A stretch of DNA of 59,629 nt, filler included, from Dirinaria sp. TL-2023a (Eukaryota), in the NCBI GenBank assembly GCA_051941275.1. It is 6 parts of 6 records of this genome, joined end to end, with 100 filler letters (N's around TTAATTAATTAA, not from the genome) between each part and the next. Parts side by side here need not be neighbours in the genome. Positions count along the whole stretch, not along the records: positions 10,007 to 19,860 come from JAVEBF010000996.1; positions 19,961 to 29,804 come from JAVEBF010000997.1; 4 more parts are not named here. One strand, 5' to 3'. Numbering within the stretch: position 1 is the stretch's first letter; each line of letters begins with the position of its first letter. Under the pieces are notes generated by a model. The model was not told the origin of the DNA and did no database searches. It worked only from the letters and a program-made list of their open reading frames with translations. A program made the translations under genes and the position numbers. Positions 10,951-22,593 of the stretch are shown here, piece after piece.

Positions 10951-12550
10951 GTAAGTTACAAACGATCTATCGGTAGATGCGACCGCCGGACTTCAGATCA
11001 CCAGACAACGGGCATAGGTAGGTAAGTAAGTATGTGCTTTGGAGGGGCAGGAGAGTGAATCAGATCCCACCATAGTTATATATCCAGAGGCTCACCTTGA
11101 TCCGGCAATTGATAATGGAGGATTTCTAACTTGTCGCTTACCTTCCATCCCGTTGTGCATTTTCCGTAAGAGGCCAAGCGCCTCGCCACCTATCTAATGC
11201 AAGGTCCTGTATTCAGTAGTAGGTCGGTAAGATCTACTCATTGTTCGCCCCGGAATATGAAACGTAAGTTCTCGTAGAAAACTTGGTAAAAACGGTGAAA
11301 CGACACAGGTTAGCGACAATGTGGAACAGCATTAACCGTGTTCTCATTGACTACAGTTAAGCAGACTTTATGCGATGGTACCTTATCCGGTCATCATAGC
11401 ATTGTTCTGTGGGGAAAGACTGGCGCTGGCGAGGTGTTGGTGGCACATTGTACCCAAGCAAAGCAAGAAGTGGAGAATGACAGGTAACCGTTAGGATCAT
11501 TCGAGGTCTTCGTCGAATGTTACATTGCTTGGGTTGGCTTGATGCTCCCAGTGAGAGAGAAGGGCATGTTCTGGCCATGCACCGGCCTGCTTTATAAGTG
11601 CTTGGCAGCTGACAAGCCGTTATCACACTGATGACTCTGAACTATCGGTCTGCGGCTGGCTGATGCCGCCACATCATCCATAAATCATTCGTCGCCGTCC
11701 TGGTTTAATGGTTCACAGGACCACGCTGGGGCTTGCAGATCTTGGACTCGTTGCCATACCTTCGGCTCCGGCTCTTAGACTCGCTCTTAGACGCAATCCG
11801 TCAGAAAGGCTGGCCAGTAGGCAAACTGAACCTACTGAGATTCCAGCATTTGAAAAGAAGACTGGTACGAGATATGCTTTACCTTAGGGTACAAGAAGTG
11901 TAGGTCTGTACGTACTTACCTTAAGGAACGTCTCGGTAGGAGATATGATGCTAAAGTAAAGTAAGGTAATGGTATGAGCTGTTGTACTGTTGTACTTGTA
12001 CCTGATGATACTCAACATCGCCGGAGCTCGCTTATCTAAATCCATCCGGAATTACCCCGAGACCCCCTCCCCTCGGGTGAGCTTTTCTTCCTAAAAAGGT
12101 ACGGAGTAAGGTAAGGTACCTTAGGTATCTCCCGTGTCCTCGAGTTCTCGTGAACATTTTTTGAAAGGTACATACCTAGGACGGCAAATGCTATCATGGA
12201 CAGTCCTTAGTATCATATACAGCGACTTGGGATCGCGTCAAATCCTTCACCATTACAGCAATAATCTGCGCATCCAGGTGGAATCTACCCACGAGAACAT
12301 ACTATACAGGAGCTCCTGATTCCTGGGTAACGACTAAGATGGGGCTCCAAGGGACACGCGGATCTTGCTGACAGATGGATGTAGAATGACTCTCTGAATC
12401 TTCTGTTCGAGCCGCCTGTTCATTCTCTGCGCCCTGATAGCGATTGTCACATGCAATACCCTTTCCGATGCCCTCAGTCGATTCTGTAAACCGCCGCTTG
12501 AGCTTGGTTGACAGTGTATTCCGTCTTTCATCCTCTCCCGCAAGACGAAG

Positions 12551-12970
12551 ATGGCAAGTTCAACGCTAGAGCTCGGGTTTCCCTGCTCACTGTCCGCCAA
12601 TTCTAGACCTGCGCTCCGCCATCTTCGCTAACAGTGGGCTTCTAGAACGATCTCCGTTCCGTTTCCTTCTCACCGCCTAGCTTCCTCAGCTCTTCGTGCG
12701 CTCCAAGTGGATGCCGAATTATCTTCTCTTGTTTGCCGATCCTTTTCGGTAGATCAAGTGGGAGCCACAGCCAATGGCTCAGAGCCCGCAACGCAGGTTA
12801 CGACTATTTTACGCATCCAATACAGAGCAACAACTAATCGTATGCTCCGCGTTGCGGTGAATGGGTTTATGGAAAGTTTGGGCTTGGTGTTGAGAATCAT
12901 GGAAGAGCTGGATGTAGATGTGTGGAACCCGTCAGACTCTGGCTCGATCATCGCTAGTGATTCTAAGTAG
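12551..12970 (+). CDS. PCC1: KEOPS/EKC complex subunit Pcc1; exons 12551-12591, 12646-12970
   Basis: MASSTLELGFPCSL-TISVPFPSHRLASSALRALQVDAELSSLV...YRATTNRMLRVAVNGFMESLGLVLRIMEELD. Intron GTCCGC..CTAAC..TAG. Confidence 0.9.
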
Positions 12971-13119
12971 CCACCTTGAGGGTTTCATAGAAACGCAGAC
13001 TCTATATCCACTACTTAGGAGTGCCGCAATCATTCTCAGAAGAGGGCGGAGAGAGCTCCTGGTTGACCAAAAACTTTTTGAGAAACTTGTTAAAAGTTTA
13101 CAGATACGACACAGCCATC

Positions 13120-14950
13120 TCATACAATTGTTGGTTTGATAGAGTAGGGGAAATCTCCGCCCGTGGAAAACGTAGTATAAGGAACGTCCAGCTTGGTTCG
13201 GAAGCCGGCAGACACTTGCTTCGCTCCCTGGCAGAGATTCTGTTGCCCACCAAGGGTTGTAATATTCAAAGCCATCCCCTGCTCGGAGACCATTCCGAAA
13301 TGACTGTTGGCCAATATGTAGTCCACACCAGCCATGTCAGATTCATTTGGACCGACATCCACTGTGGAGGGAACAGTTCCCAAGACCACGGATGGAGGAT
13401 AGCACACGCCTTCATAGCTTTCGTAGCCTTCTTTACACATATTCTCCAAAACAGGGTTTGGTGGTTTTTGGTCAAAGTAGATTTGAAAAGTGATCATGTC
13501 ACCCGGGTGGACTACGTCCCCAAAATGCTGGAGCCCGTCTTCTCCGACGCTTCCAGCATCGAGAGTATCACTGTTGGGCAGATTGTCTTGAATAGGGCCA
13601 TAGTCAGAGTCAGGATCCAGAGCCAGAAGCCCCTTTTTCATGCCCCAGCCTCCACCTCCACTAAGTACCCTGTGAAGCCGCGAGCCAGTCTCAAGACTTT
13701 CTTGCAAATTTAGAGGCTCAATGCGACCCCGGTCAATCCATCTGTCTCGAGGAGTTACCAAGGCCCAGATGCGAGCCTGTGGATCAGAAGAGTGCTTGGT
13801 CTTCATCCATTGCGATACCCGCTCCTCCAATTCTGTTGATGCGGGCATTTCCGCCTTAGTTGAATCTTCGACGTGGAGACTTCTGACAATATTGCCAAAG
13901 GACTCGCCAATGACTCTAGGTGGTGTGATTGGAATTAGTTTCGTCTCAAGGTCGTAGAACATCATTCGATCACTCGCGTTTAGAAGCTCAGCCATTTGCA
14001 AGACTTGGTGGGGCAAGCGACGATGTTCGGTCCTGAACATTTGAAGCTTTGACCCGACCTTCATTCGACTTACCCAGCGTTGGGCATACAATGTGGAGAT
14101 ATGCCCATTCTGGAACAGCGTATTTGCCAGTGGCATCTGTACCAGTCTCGACGCTCGAAGCTCGTTATCCGATGCATGAGCTAGCATTTCTACATCCGAT
14201 ACCAAATACTGGAATTGGAATGAGATCGTGCAATGCTGCTGCATGTTGCTGGGCATTTCATTTTTGACAAAAGGCGAGGTGGACCATAATTGAGGAGCTA
14301 CAGCTCCTGTCTCGGAAACCAGCACTGATACGCCTTCGCAACCCCTTGATCCATCAAGATTGGATTGCTTGCCGTTGCCGTGTCTCACTGGGCTTTTGGG
14401 GGTGCTCACGCCATCCACCACTGCAGCCAGCAAATCGATTTGCTGACCATCCACACATTCGATGGAACTTGCCAACAGATGAGCACTGAAAGATTCGCCG
14501 TCGTTCAGTAAATGCGCATGTGATTTGGAAATCAAGAGGACTACGCAGGGCGTTCGCTCGTCGCTGATTGAGACTCTCGGTAGACCCAGAAGGTCAATGG
14601 CCGAGATCTGGCTCTGTCAAAGACCGACCCTGAGGACGAAGGATGAAGGGGAAGATTGCACGCAGACTTGTAAAAATGGAATGACGTACAATTGATGCAG
14701 TAGACTCACTCAGGATTGACCAACAGCATGGCCCCTTTAGCTTTCGGAGGGACGAATCGGTCTTCTCGAAGCCAGGCCCGACCTTCTCAAACTTGGAGAA
14801 AGTTCTTTTCTGTACACGTGCGGTACGAGTACGACTACCAGGCTGCCAAGCTCTCGTATCCCAACCGGCCGTCCGAACGACGCACCACTGAGCCCGGAAG
14901 ATGGACGATGCGCCTTTTGAGCGCAGACTGGTCGGTCTCCACGACAGCAT
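13120..14950 (-). CDS. Conserved fungal hypothetical protein with Arg/Ser-rich, mitochondrial-presequence-like N-terminus; exons 14950-14690, 14607-13120
   Basis: Long ORF with motifs LLAAVVD, MPLANTLFQNG, PASTELE, RLHRVLSGGGGWGMKKGLLALDPD and TKLDVP. A phase-0 GTACGT..CAG intron joins the two ORF pieces. Confidence 0.8.
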
Positions 14951-16421
14951 TTATGATGTGTACATGAGGTGCGGGCGAATTCAAGAGCGGCTGCTCATGG
15001 ATTCAGCCGGCAATCGTCGAATTCCGCATCCGACAGTGATCAAAATTGCAAGGCGCCGTTGTGACAACAGCGATCCATTACTTCTGAGTGTAGCGACAGC
15101 AGTGAAGCCGACCAATCTGGGCTATGATGCCGTTTCGAGGCGGTATCTTAAGTTAAGATAGTACCAGGGTGTTGTAATTGTGGTAGGCAAGCGATGGGGA
15201 GCTAGCTACATGCAGGTGATGGGTAGCGAAGCCGATCCAGAGCGACTCCGACCACTTCTCTTACAATAAACTAGTTCTCTATTAGAACAGTATTATTGAT
15301 GGATGGTGTCAATGTGGGTATATGGAGAAGTAGAAGTATATTTATGGTTCTGACTTTTGGGTGACTCTACCTACCCAGCGAGCCAGCCTACCTATCTGAA
15401 AGTCAACATAATGGGGAAAACCTAATGTGGTGGAGAGTACGGAGCTGTACTCGTACCTAGGGATTCGAAAGTATATATTGGTACCTTGCATGTACTCGTA
15501 CATACTTTCATGTGTACACTTCAAGGTACCTCCATGCGGGGAATCCCCACTACCTTAGTGCCCTCGCGATAGAGCTGCTGCTTCTGGTTGGTCTGATCCT
15601 CATGTGCCGCTCGCTCTTCAAATACAATATCTCGAACTTACGTCCTAGCTCGAATCACAAGAAAATCGTACACCCGCTTTCCACAAATGCTTCACTGACT
15701 TCTCTCCCCAAGACAAAATGTAGGCCTACGCTGAGAGAGATTGATCGTACCTTACCGAGTGACCACCTACCTTACCGAATTACCGTGCAATACATGGGAA
15801 ATGAATATTACATACGCACAAAAGTACCCTAGCGCAATAAACATTACTACCGCCGTGTTAGGAAAGGTACATACCCATCTTCAGGTGTAGATCCTGCCTC
15901 TCACTCGGATCTTCCCACCTTTTTACCCTTCGTACCATCACTACTCTTCTTCACACTCCGCCCCAAACCCTTCTTTCCCTCTTCCTCCACTCTTGGCTCG
16001 ATCCCTGGCAGATACTCTCTGTCTGGCATCCTAGCCGTCCACTCCTTTACTTGTGTTTCGCTTGCTGGGTCTCGAGAGAGCCTGTCCATTCTTTTCCTGT
16101 GAGTAAGTGCTTTTGGCAGAGTGCCGCCAAATGCGTTGATGCGACCCTACAACCACCAGGTCCAGCTAAAATCGGTGCAGATCATACACGATAGTATTTG
16201 GGCCTCATTATTCAGAGAGGCTCACTCGCTTCCTGTCCTCGCCAAATCGGCTCCGGAACTTCACTGCAGTCACATTGCATCCTTTGGTGATCGTCACCCA
16301 GCAAGCTGGATCGCAGCTGATGTCCTCTCTGCTGTTCTAAGAGAAGACAAATGGATATCTGCTCGCTCTAGCAGATCTGTTAGAGGTCTTGCTCCCACGT
16401 AAAGCCGTTGTTCTCTTGACA

Positions 16422-19088
16422 ATGGATCGTGCCTCAACCCTCCCACCGTTGGTACCAAGAAGCCCTCCAGAACTCAACCCGCGTTTTGAATTTCCACCGC
16501 GACCACAAAATGATGCCTTCCCTACCTCTGGATACCCAAGCCAGCCCCTCGAAGAGGCTACCTTAAATCTTGGCGCTGACCACACCCGACCTCAGAGGCT
16601 TACAATCAATTCTTTACCAGCTTTCGAATTCCCTGCGTCAAACTCAAGCAACTCCGAAAGCGGCAGCCCAACTCGCTCGCAGATGAGACAAAGACCATGT
16701 TCTCCACATCATTCCGTGTCGGCACACCGAAGAAATGGCAGCGAGTTCATCGGCGGAGATGGGAAGTCTGGTGGAGGGGACCTTTTGAGTACATCGCCCG
16801 CGAAAGGGGACGGAGGACTGACCCTACCGATGAAGACACAAACCACATCGTCTTCCACAAGACGGGGTCATGCTCATCGTCGATCCGGGGCTATTTCCAG
16901 CCACGATCTCTCTGATATCGTGAAGCTGTCTCGAGAATCCAGAGGCGGCAGTTTGCCAACGACCCCTTCTGAGCTGCGAGAGGATGGCAAGTTTCCGCTT
17001 CTCCCGACGCGATCAACTTCCCAGCCTAAAGTCAGCTCGGCTTCTCATGATCTGCCGTCCAATCCACATCCAAAGGAGAATGACTCTCCAAGGACTCAAC
17101 CACGTACTCGTGTTGGATTCTCAGATACTATTGAGGTTATTCCCCGTCCTCTCTCGACAATATCCTCCGACACTTCCAGCAGCTTGTCTACCATCCATGC
17201 AAGCCACTCTGCCAGTGGAAGTGTCACTTCCATTCTTAGCAGTAGCGGATCGAGTCTACTACAAACAAGATTGTCAAGGTCTCTGACAAACCTGCCTTGT
17301 GAGACGGAAGAAACTCAAATTACGTTGGGAACCGCTGTGCCACGTTCCAACGAGGTTACGGAGAGAACAGAAGCTTCGTCCAGCACGGTCCACCCTCAGG
17401 GCTCCTCCTTCGAGGCCGGAGCGGAATCTCGAGGGCCGAAAAGTGATGATGCTATCAACCTGGAAAGTTCGTCCATTCCACACACACCAATGCGCGAATT
17501 TACCGTCGATCGTTCCATGGATGAAGGCTCGTACAATCTCGTCGACACAAGTTCTGGTCCTGCCCCTCCTGAAGCTGCACTCCAACAGAAACAGACCGCC
17601 ACTCTCGTCAGACCTAGGTCTTCACCAGAACCAACAGTCTCTCAAAGACAGAGGAAGGTCACATCATGGGCCGGGTCGACTTTATCGCCCAAGGCAGCTT
17701 TCATACACCCGGCTGAAAACTCATTCCACGCGACGACCTCTCCAATGCCTTCACGCGCATTCGCCCCCTCAAATGATCTGCTTGATGATATTAGTTTCGA
17801 TGAAGACACGACGTGTGTAATTCGGGATCCATCTCAACTTCCCACATCATCACAAGCTCAACGCATCGAACTTCCATTGAGGACCCAAGATCACATTTCG
17901 AACAGCGATGACGCGGAGAGCCCAATGCTCGATCTTGATGCTGCCTTGAGAGCTGAACCTGGCAACGACGCTCCAGAGGGATTTTTCTCTGCAAAGCGAC
18001 GGATGCATAGCAGTGGGGCTCTGGGTCGCTTCTCTAGCCAAAGTATGCGCTATCACCGTCGTGCAGAGAGTGCTCCAGAAATGGCTCCTATAGACTATCA
18101 TACCTTCGGCTTCCCGCGATTTGGTAGCAACCCAAAGATGGCTGATGTGTTCGAAGAGGACGAGGAGCAGCAAGAGCAAGAAAATGTATCCCGCGGGGGA
18201 GACGGCACGTTGAGTTTTGCGAGTACAACACCGGCCAGTGAAAAAGAAGCCAGCACAGGACTCGCCGTTGGAGTCCCTGACGCAGCGACCGTTGGCGATG
18301 AGGCCCCACAGTCGAAGAGGCTCCATCAAACCGTACATGCGCAACCAGGAACAAAAGCAGCACAGCTATCAATTGCCACCCCTTGGACTCTCAATTCCGT
18401 AGACTCGGTCCAGGAAGCTGGCGCAGCGGATGATTCTTCTGTTGAAATAGTAGAGGCGGACGAGGAACCTCGCAGTCTCTCCGTAACACAAGCCTTGAAG
18501 GATTCATCAGCACCTGCACCGCCAAGTGATATATTTGCCCGGCCGATATTCGCACCCAGTGATCTTACCTTACCCAAGCTGAGCGGGCTGTATCCGACAC
18601 CAGAGACGTCGTCCGCCGTTTCATCTCCTGATTTCAATCGAACATCTTTTGAAATGCCCCGCCTGCATACTGGCACATCCTCAAATACCGAATGGGCAAT
18701 GGGAAGCTCCGGTCAAGCCGGCGAACACGGCCTAAGCCTGCGGGGCTCTGTCGACGATGTGCCTTCTCTGACAAGCAGTGCCTCAACGATGATCGGTGCT
18801 CAACCCCCTCGAATGTCGAGTGGCGCGTATAGCAGCTCATCGGCTCAACGGTCGTCTTCCTTGTCGGTTGCTGTTCCCCATCGAGCGCGCCCTGCTACAG
18901 CCACGAAGCGCTCGAGTCTGGCCAGCTTGTCACGGCTGGTCGGAAGTTCTTCCTCCGGAGAACGGAGTAAATTAAATTTGGAAGAGCGTGCTTCGCCCGA
19001 AACGGTGGAAAAGGTGGATAGGAAAAGGAGTGGCAGAATTGGCCGCATGATGAGACTCTGGAAATCAAAGGAAAAACGCCGATCATGA
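16422..19088 (+). CDS. Ser/Pro-rich disordered conserved fungal protein (often annotated 'cell wall proline-rich protein'), single exon
   Basis: 888-aa ORF from the first ATG, with islands HRRNGSEFIGG, HAHRRSGAISSHD, HRRAESAPEM, GSVDDVPSLTSSASTM and KRSSLASLSRLVG. Confidence 0.85.
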   Translation: MDRASTLPPLVPRSPPELNPRFEFPPRPQNDAFPTSGYPSQPLEEATLNLGADHTRPQRLTINSLPAFEFPASNSSNSESGSPTRSQMRQRPCSPHHSVSAHRRNGSEFIGGDGKSGGGDLLSTSPAKGDGGLTLPMKTQTTSSSTRRGHAHRRSGAISSHDLSDIVKLSRESRGGSLPTTPSELREDGKFPLLPTRSTSQPKVSSASHDLPSNPHPKENDSPRTQPRTRVGFSDTIEVIPRPLSTISSDTSSSLSTIHASHSASGSVTSILSSSGSSLLQTRLSRSLTNLPCETEETQITLGTAVPRSNEVTERTEASSSTVHPQGSSFEAGAESRGPKSDDAINLESSSIPHTPMREFTVDRSMDEGSYNLVDTSSGPAPPEAALQQKQTATLVRPRSSPEPTVSQRQRKVTSWAGSTLSPKAAFIHPAENSFHATTSPMPSRAFAPSNDLLDDISFDEDTTCVIRDPSQLPTSSQAQRIELPLRTQDHISNSDDAESPMLDLDAALRAEPGNDAPEGFFSAKRRMHSSGALGRFSSQSMRYHRRAESAPEMAPIDYHTFGFPRFGSNPKMADVFEEDEEQQEQENVSRGGDGTLSFASTTPASEKEASTGLAVGVPDAATVGDEAPQSKRLHQTVHAQPGTKAAQLSIATPWTLNSVDSVQEAGAADDSSVEIVEADEEPRSLSVTQALKDSSAPAPPSDIFARPIFAPSDLTLPKLSGLYPTPETSSAVSSPDFNRTSFEMPRLHTGTSSNTEWAMGSSGQAGEHGLSLRGSVDDVPSLTSSASTMIGAQPPRMSSGAYSSSSAQRSSSLSVAVPHRARPATATKRSSLASLSRLVGSSSSGERSKLNLEERASPETVEKVDRKRSGRIGRMMRLWKSKEKRRS

Positions 19089-19656
19089 CGGCGGAGATGG
19101 AGCAATATGGTTCAATCGGTTCACGAGCCACATTCGAGGGTGGCCTGGTATGGTTCTTCATTTCTTTGCGTTCGCTGATCCTACAGTGATCACGCCGTGT
19201 TGGCAGCTTCTCTTGAAGCCTCGAGCTGCAATTTGCCCCCGGTCTTAGCAGCCGTGGAGCTAGTCGTTCCACTCTCCACTTGGGTCTATGCTGGTTTCAA
19301 GCAATGGGCATGACGTGGCTGTAATTAACACTCCACGTTTAAGTCGTTGCTTCGCACCTTGCTCACCCAAGTTGGTAACGACAGTGGCTTGGAGGGGATT
19401 CAAGCATTGGCTGTATGCATGGCATATTTACACACTTAGCTTGTCTAAAATTTGGTCCATGATACTCTAAACTTCGAGGTGACAAGGAGCGTCTAGAGAC
19501 TACCATCATCCATGAGGTCCAATACACATCGATGCTAAAAATCTAAAAAGCACATATCGCTAGCTGTTCTTGTCTCTACGTGTCTAAAATGATATATTTC
19601 CTCCGGGCTACAATGCGCGTCAGACATACTTTAGATTCTTCAGTTGCCTTACCCCT

Positions 19657-19860
19657 CTAATAATACCCAGCAACACCGTACTTGCCAGTGGGACTTCTAC
19701 AGACACTGCTCCCTCCTTCACTGGTGCCGATGCCGCTGTCTCTATCTGCGCCACTGACATCAATCGGATCCACATCGATATCGTATTCTTCGTCTTCGTC
19801 TTCGTCTTCGTCTTCGTCTTCGTCTTCCACCTCGTCCCCGTCATCTTCATCCCCCTCCCC
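19657..19860 (-). CDS. 3' end of a gene truncated by the contig edge (acidic C-terminal tail)
   Basis: Open frame from the contig end: GEGDEDDGDEVEDEDEDEDEDEDEEYDIDVDPIDVSGADRDSGIGTSEGGSSVCRSPTGKYGVAGYY*. Confidence 0.55.
   Translation of the reverse strand, partial: GEGDEDDGDEVEDEDEDEDEDEDEEYDIDVDPIDVSGADRDSGIGTSEGGSSVCRSPTGKYGVAGYY
19789..19824. repeat. (TTCGTC)6 microsatellite, probably encoding (DE)n
   Basis: Read directly from the sequence. Confidence 0.95.
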
Positions 19861-19960
19861 NNNNNNNNNNNNNNNNNNNNNNNNNNNNNNNNNNNNNNNN
19901 NNNNTTAATTAATTAANNNNNNNNNNNNNNNNNNNNNNNNNNNNNNNNNNNNNNNNNNNN
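19861..19960. other. Artificial contig linker
   Basis: N44-TTAATTAATTAA-N44. Confidence 0.99.
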
Positions 19961-20877
19961 CATCCACTCACTAATCACTCATCCATACCGCACCCTCCCC
20001 TCCCCTAGTATCCTACAAAAGAATCGTACTTCGTATCCGGGCTTGATAGAAGGAAGGGTAGGTAGAACTATAGAACGCGCGCTGAAGAGGATGATCGTGT
20101 AAGCTCTGGTATCGTTAAAGGTCGGAGCTGAAACTTGTCATGGTCTGTAGTCACCCAATATGGTCGGGGACACTGTAACTTTGGGTGTTTCAAGGCCGTA
20201 CTGAAGATCGGTAGATCGTCCCAGAATGCGCCATAATCTACAGTATCTTAGTGATGTCCGCTTGAACTGGTGGAGTGTGTTGGGAGAGCAGTGAGGATTG
20301 GCCAATGCCAGAGCGGGCGGTGGTTTCATGTGGCTAGATCCTGAGGGGTTAGTTTGGCTTCGGTCATAAAGTTCTTGTTCGGGATGAAGGCAGCTTGAAG
20401 ATAAAAGGAAGTTTTATTTTCGAAAGGCGCAAGGGCCGGGCCGGGCGGGACCGGACCGATGCTGGCTCTTGTCTTGGCAGCGCCCGGCCCAGAGTCACCT
20501 CTATCAATTCTGCAACTGGGTGCCGAGCGTGCCTCTATCTTTTTTTCAAGCATGATAAGAATCAGCACCGACCAGATCTATTGTCACGATCGATGGGTTT
20601 AGACCCCTACGAGGAGCGCAGAGACCTCGAGACCATGGGTTTCAGCTCTGAACTCTTGCCCGGGGATACCAGCGTATACTTCGTTTCACCACTATAAATA
20701 GCGAGGAATAATTGCGACTCAACTGATGTCCAATAACAATCTAGGTACAGGCGACCATCGCAGTAGACAAACTAGGACTTTGAATGTCCGAGGATACCTG
20801 GATACCAAACGGCATCATAACAAGCCGTTGTTAGAATAGCACAGTCGCAAATACACGACTTTGTTAGCAGTTCCTAC

Positions 20878-21415
20878 TCAAATTTCCATGTCAGTCTCTT
20901 CAATCTCGGAAAGTATTTCCCATTCCGGCCTCGTTTCTCCGCGTGCTTCGATGGCGCGGCGACGTTCTAGGGCTTCTCTCTGGGCATCCCGGTGCGCACG
21001 CGTGTTGTACTTGTCGATGATGTTCTGAGCGTCGATACCGAGGTCGTAGATGCTGGGGCGCTTGTGCTTCGGGAGCGTGATGCTGAAGAATTGATGCAGG
21101 TTGAGCTTGTCCTTGAAGGTGATAAAGCTCCAGCGAAACGGCTTCTTCCTGATGTACTCCTTTAGCCACTTGCTACCTACTTTCTGCTTGTTGCGATCGT
21201 CGACGTCGTTGTTCTGCAGAGGCTCCTGGCCTAGAAGACAGTGCACGTTAGCTCGAATCTAGCGTACAGGGGAATGAAGCTGTTGAACCTTGTGCGCTTC
21301 GTTTTTTCCCCTCAGTCTCCTTGCGCAGTTCGATCTTTGTCTCGTGTCGGCGGTCCGCATTTGCTCGTAGCACAGCTTTCTTGAGCAAGCTATCGGAATT
21401 GAATGACGGAGCCAT
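20878..21415 (-). CDS. Hypothetical basic/charged protein (~160 aa), 2 exons
   Basis: ACAACATGG start and TATATAAA about 115 nt upstream. An intron with GCTAAC branch and TTCTAG acceptor (exon 2 starts near 21230) joins MAPSFNSDSLLKKAVLR... to GQEPLQNND...EETDMEI*. Donor position is ambiguous. Confidence 0.65.
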
Positions 21416-22593
21416 GTTGTTGAAAGATGCAGCAGATCAGAGTGAAATGGGGTAATGTTGGGTTGCAACGTCCCGGAACAAGGTTTGAGAAGAAGCAGAG
21501 GAGAAATGGGGAAGAGGAAGAGGATGGCAGTTTATATACTTTAGGCGCTTAAGGCAAGTACGGTTCTATCCTATTGTTGTGAAATGGATTATGGGTGCAT
21601 AGCAGTCTCGGTTGTTGATCGTAGGCAGCCAACAACACAATAGCGCAGGGTACAATGGATTCACTGGGTAAGTAAGACAATCATTTCCCGAACGAATAGG
21701 CAATTTTGAAACATAATAGTTTGAATAGGTGCTGGTGATTTTGGGATACTATTGTACTCGCTTACTTATTGATAGTTCCTAGCGCTGTTCGGTGCCAGTA
21801 CATAAGAGAAGGTGGATCGGCCAGTTCGAGCAGCTGAAGACAATTTGACGCTGACTAGCCATAAAAATGGCTAAGACGAGTTTAAAATACACAATAGAGA
21901 GATTGCGGACATATCAACTATCGCGTTGAATCAAAGAGTGACGATACATTGACGAAAGCAGTTAGATTGCGCGCGTGAGTAGCTGACCGTGCATTGTGTC
22001 GCGAAACCTTGGCGTCAGTCAAATGTCCCGCTTTAGAGACTTCCATCAGGCTAAGATCAAGTTCAGAACAATATCTACGAGCTGCTCGTATTACGCTATG
22101 AAGGAGCTGATAAGTACGAAGTCTAGTTTCATAGGCAAGCAAGATAGCACGAACTCCTGGTTGACGTAGAATTTCGAGTACATTAGGTTGAGCACGGCCT
22201 CACTAGCCAGTCCTACACGTCTTTAATGTAGACCTTATAACGATGTTAGCCTCGATTTGAATAACGCTTCTTAGGATACCTTTCGAGAGACGAACTGTAT
22301 TCTTCACTGCAGCTCAACAGCCTGGTGAGAAATTTTCAGCTCTCATCAGGCCTACGAGACGCTCTGCCAGATTAGTGCAGTCTGGAGATTGGATACGGAT
22401 CACCAAGCTCGCCATGAAACTTTGGGGGCCGCCTGCAGCCTTGTGTTGCCTTCTTTTCTAGGTGTCGCCAGGGAGGCTGTGCTCTACGCCTCACCACGAA
22501 GCCTTTGCATATGTACGAGCACTATTTCCATCCTTTCCACCCCGTTTTCCAGAATCGTGATGATAGCTTCATGCTATTAGATAACCTAATCCG

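Noticed and set aside
13021..13713. 230-aa plus-strand ORF
   Set aside because: Antisense shadow of the conserved minus-strand gene; no recognisable motifs.
20060..20500. Protein-like minus-strand fragment (DYGAFWDDLPIF...) and GGGCCGGGC/GCCCGGCCC inverted repeat
   Set aside because: No convincing start or upstream exon; a 9-bp GC stem without target-site duplication is too weak to call a MITE.
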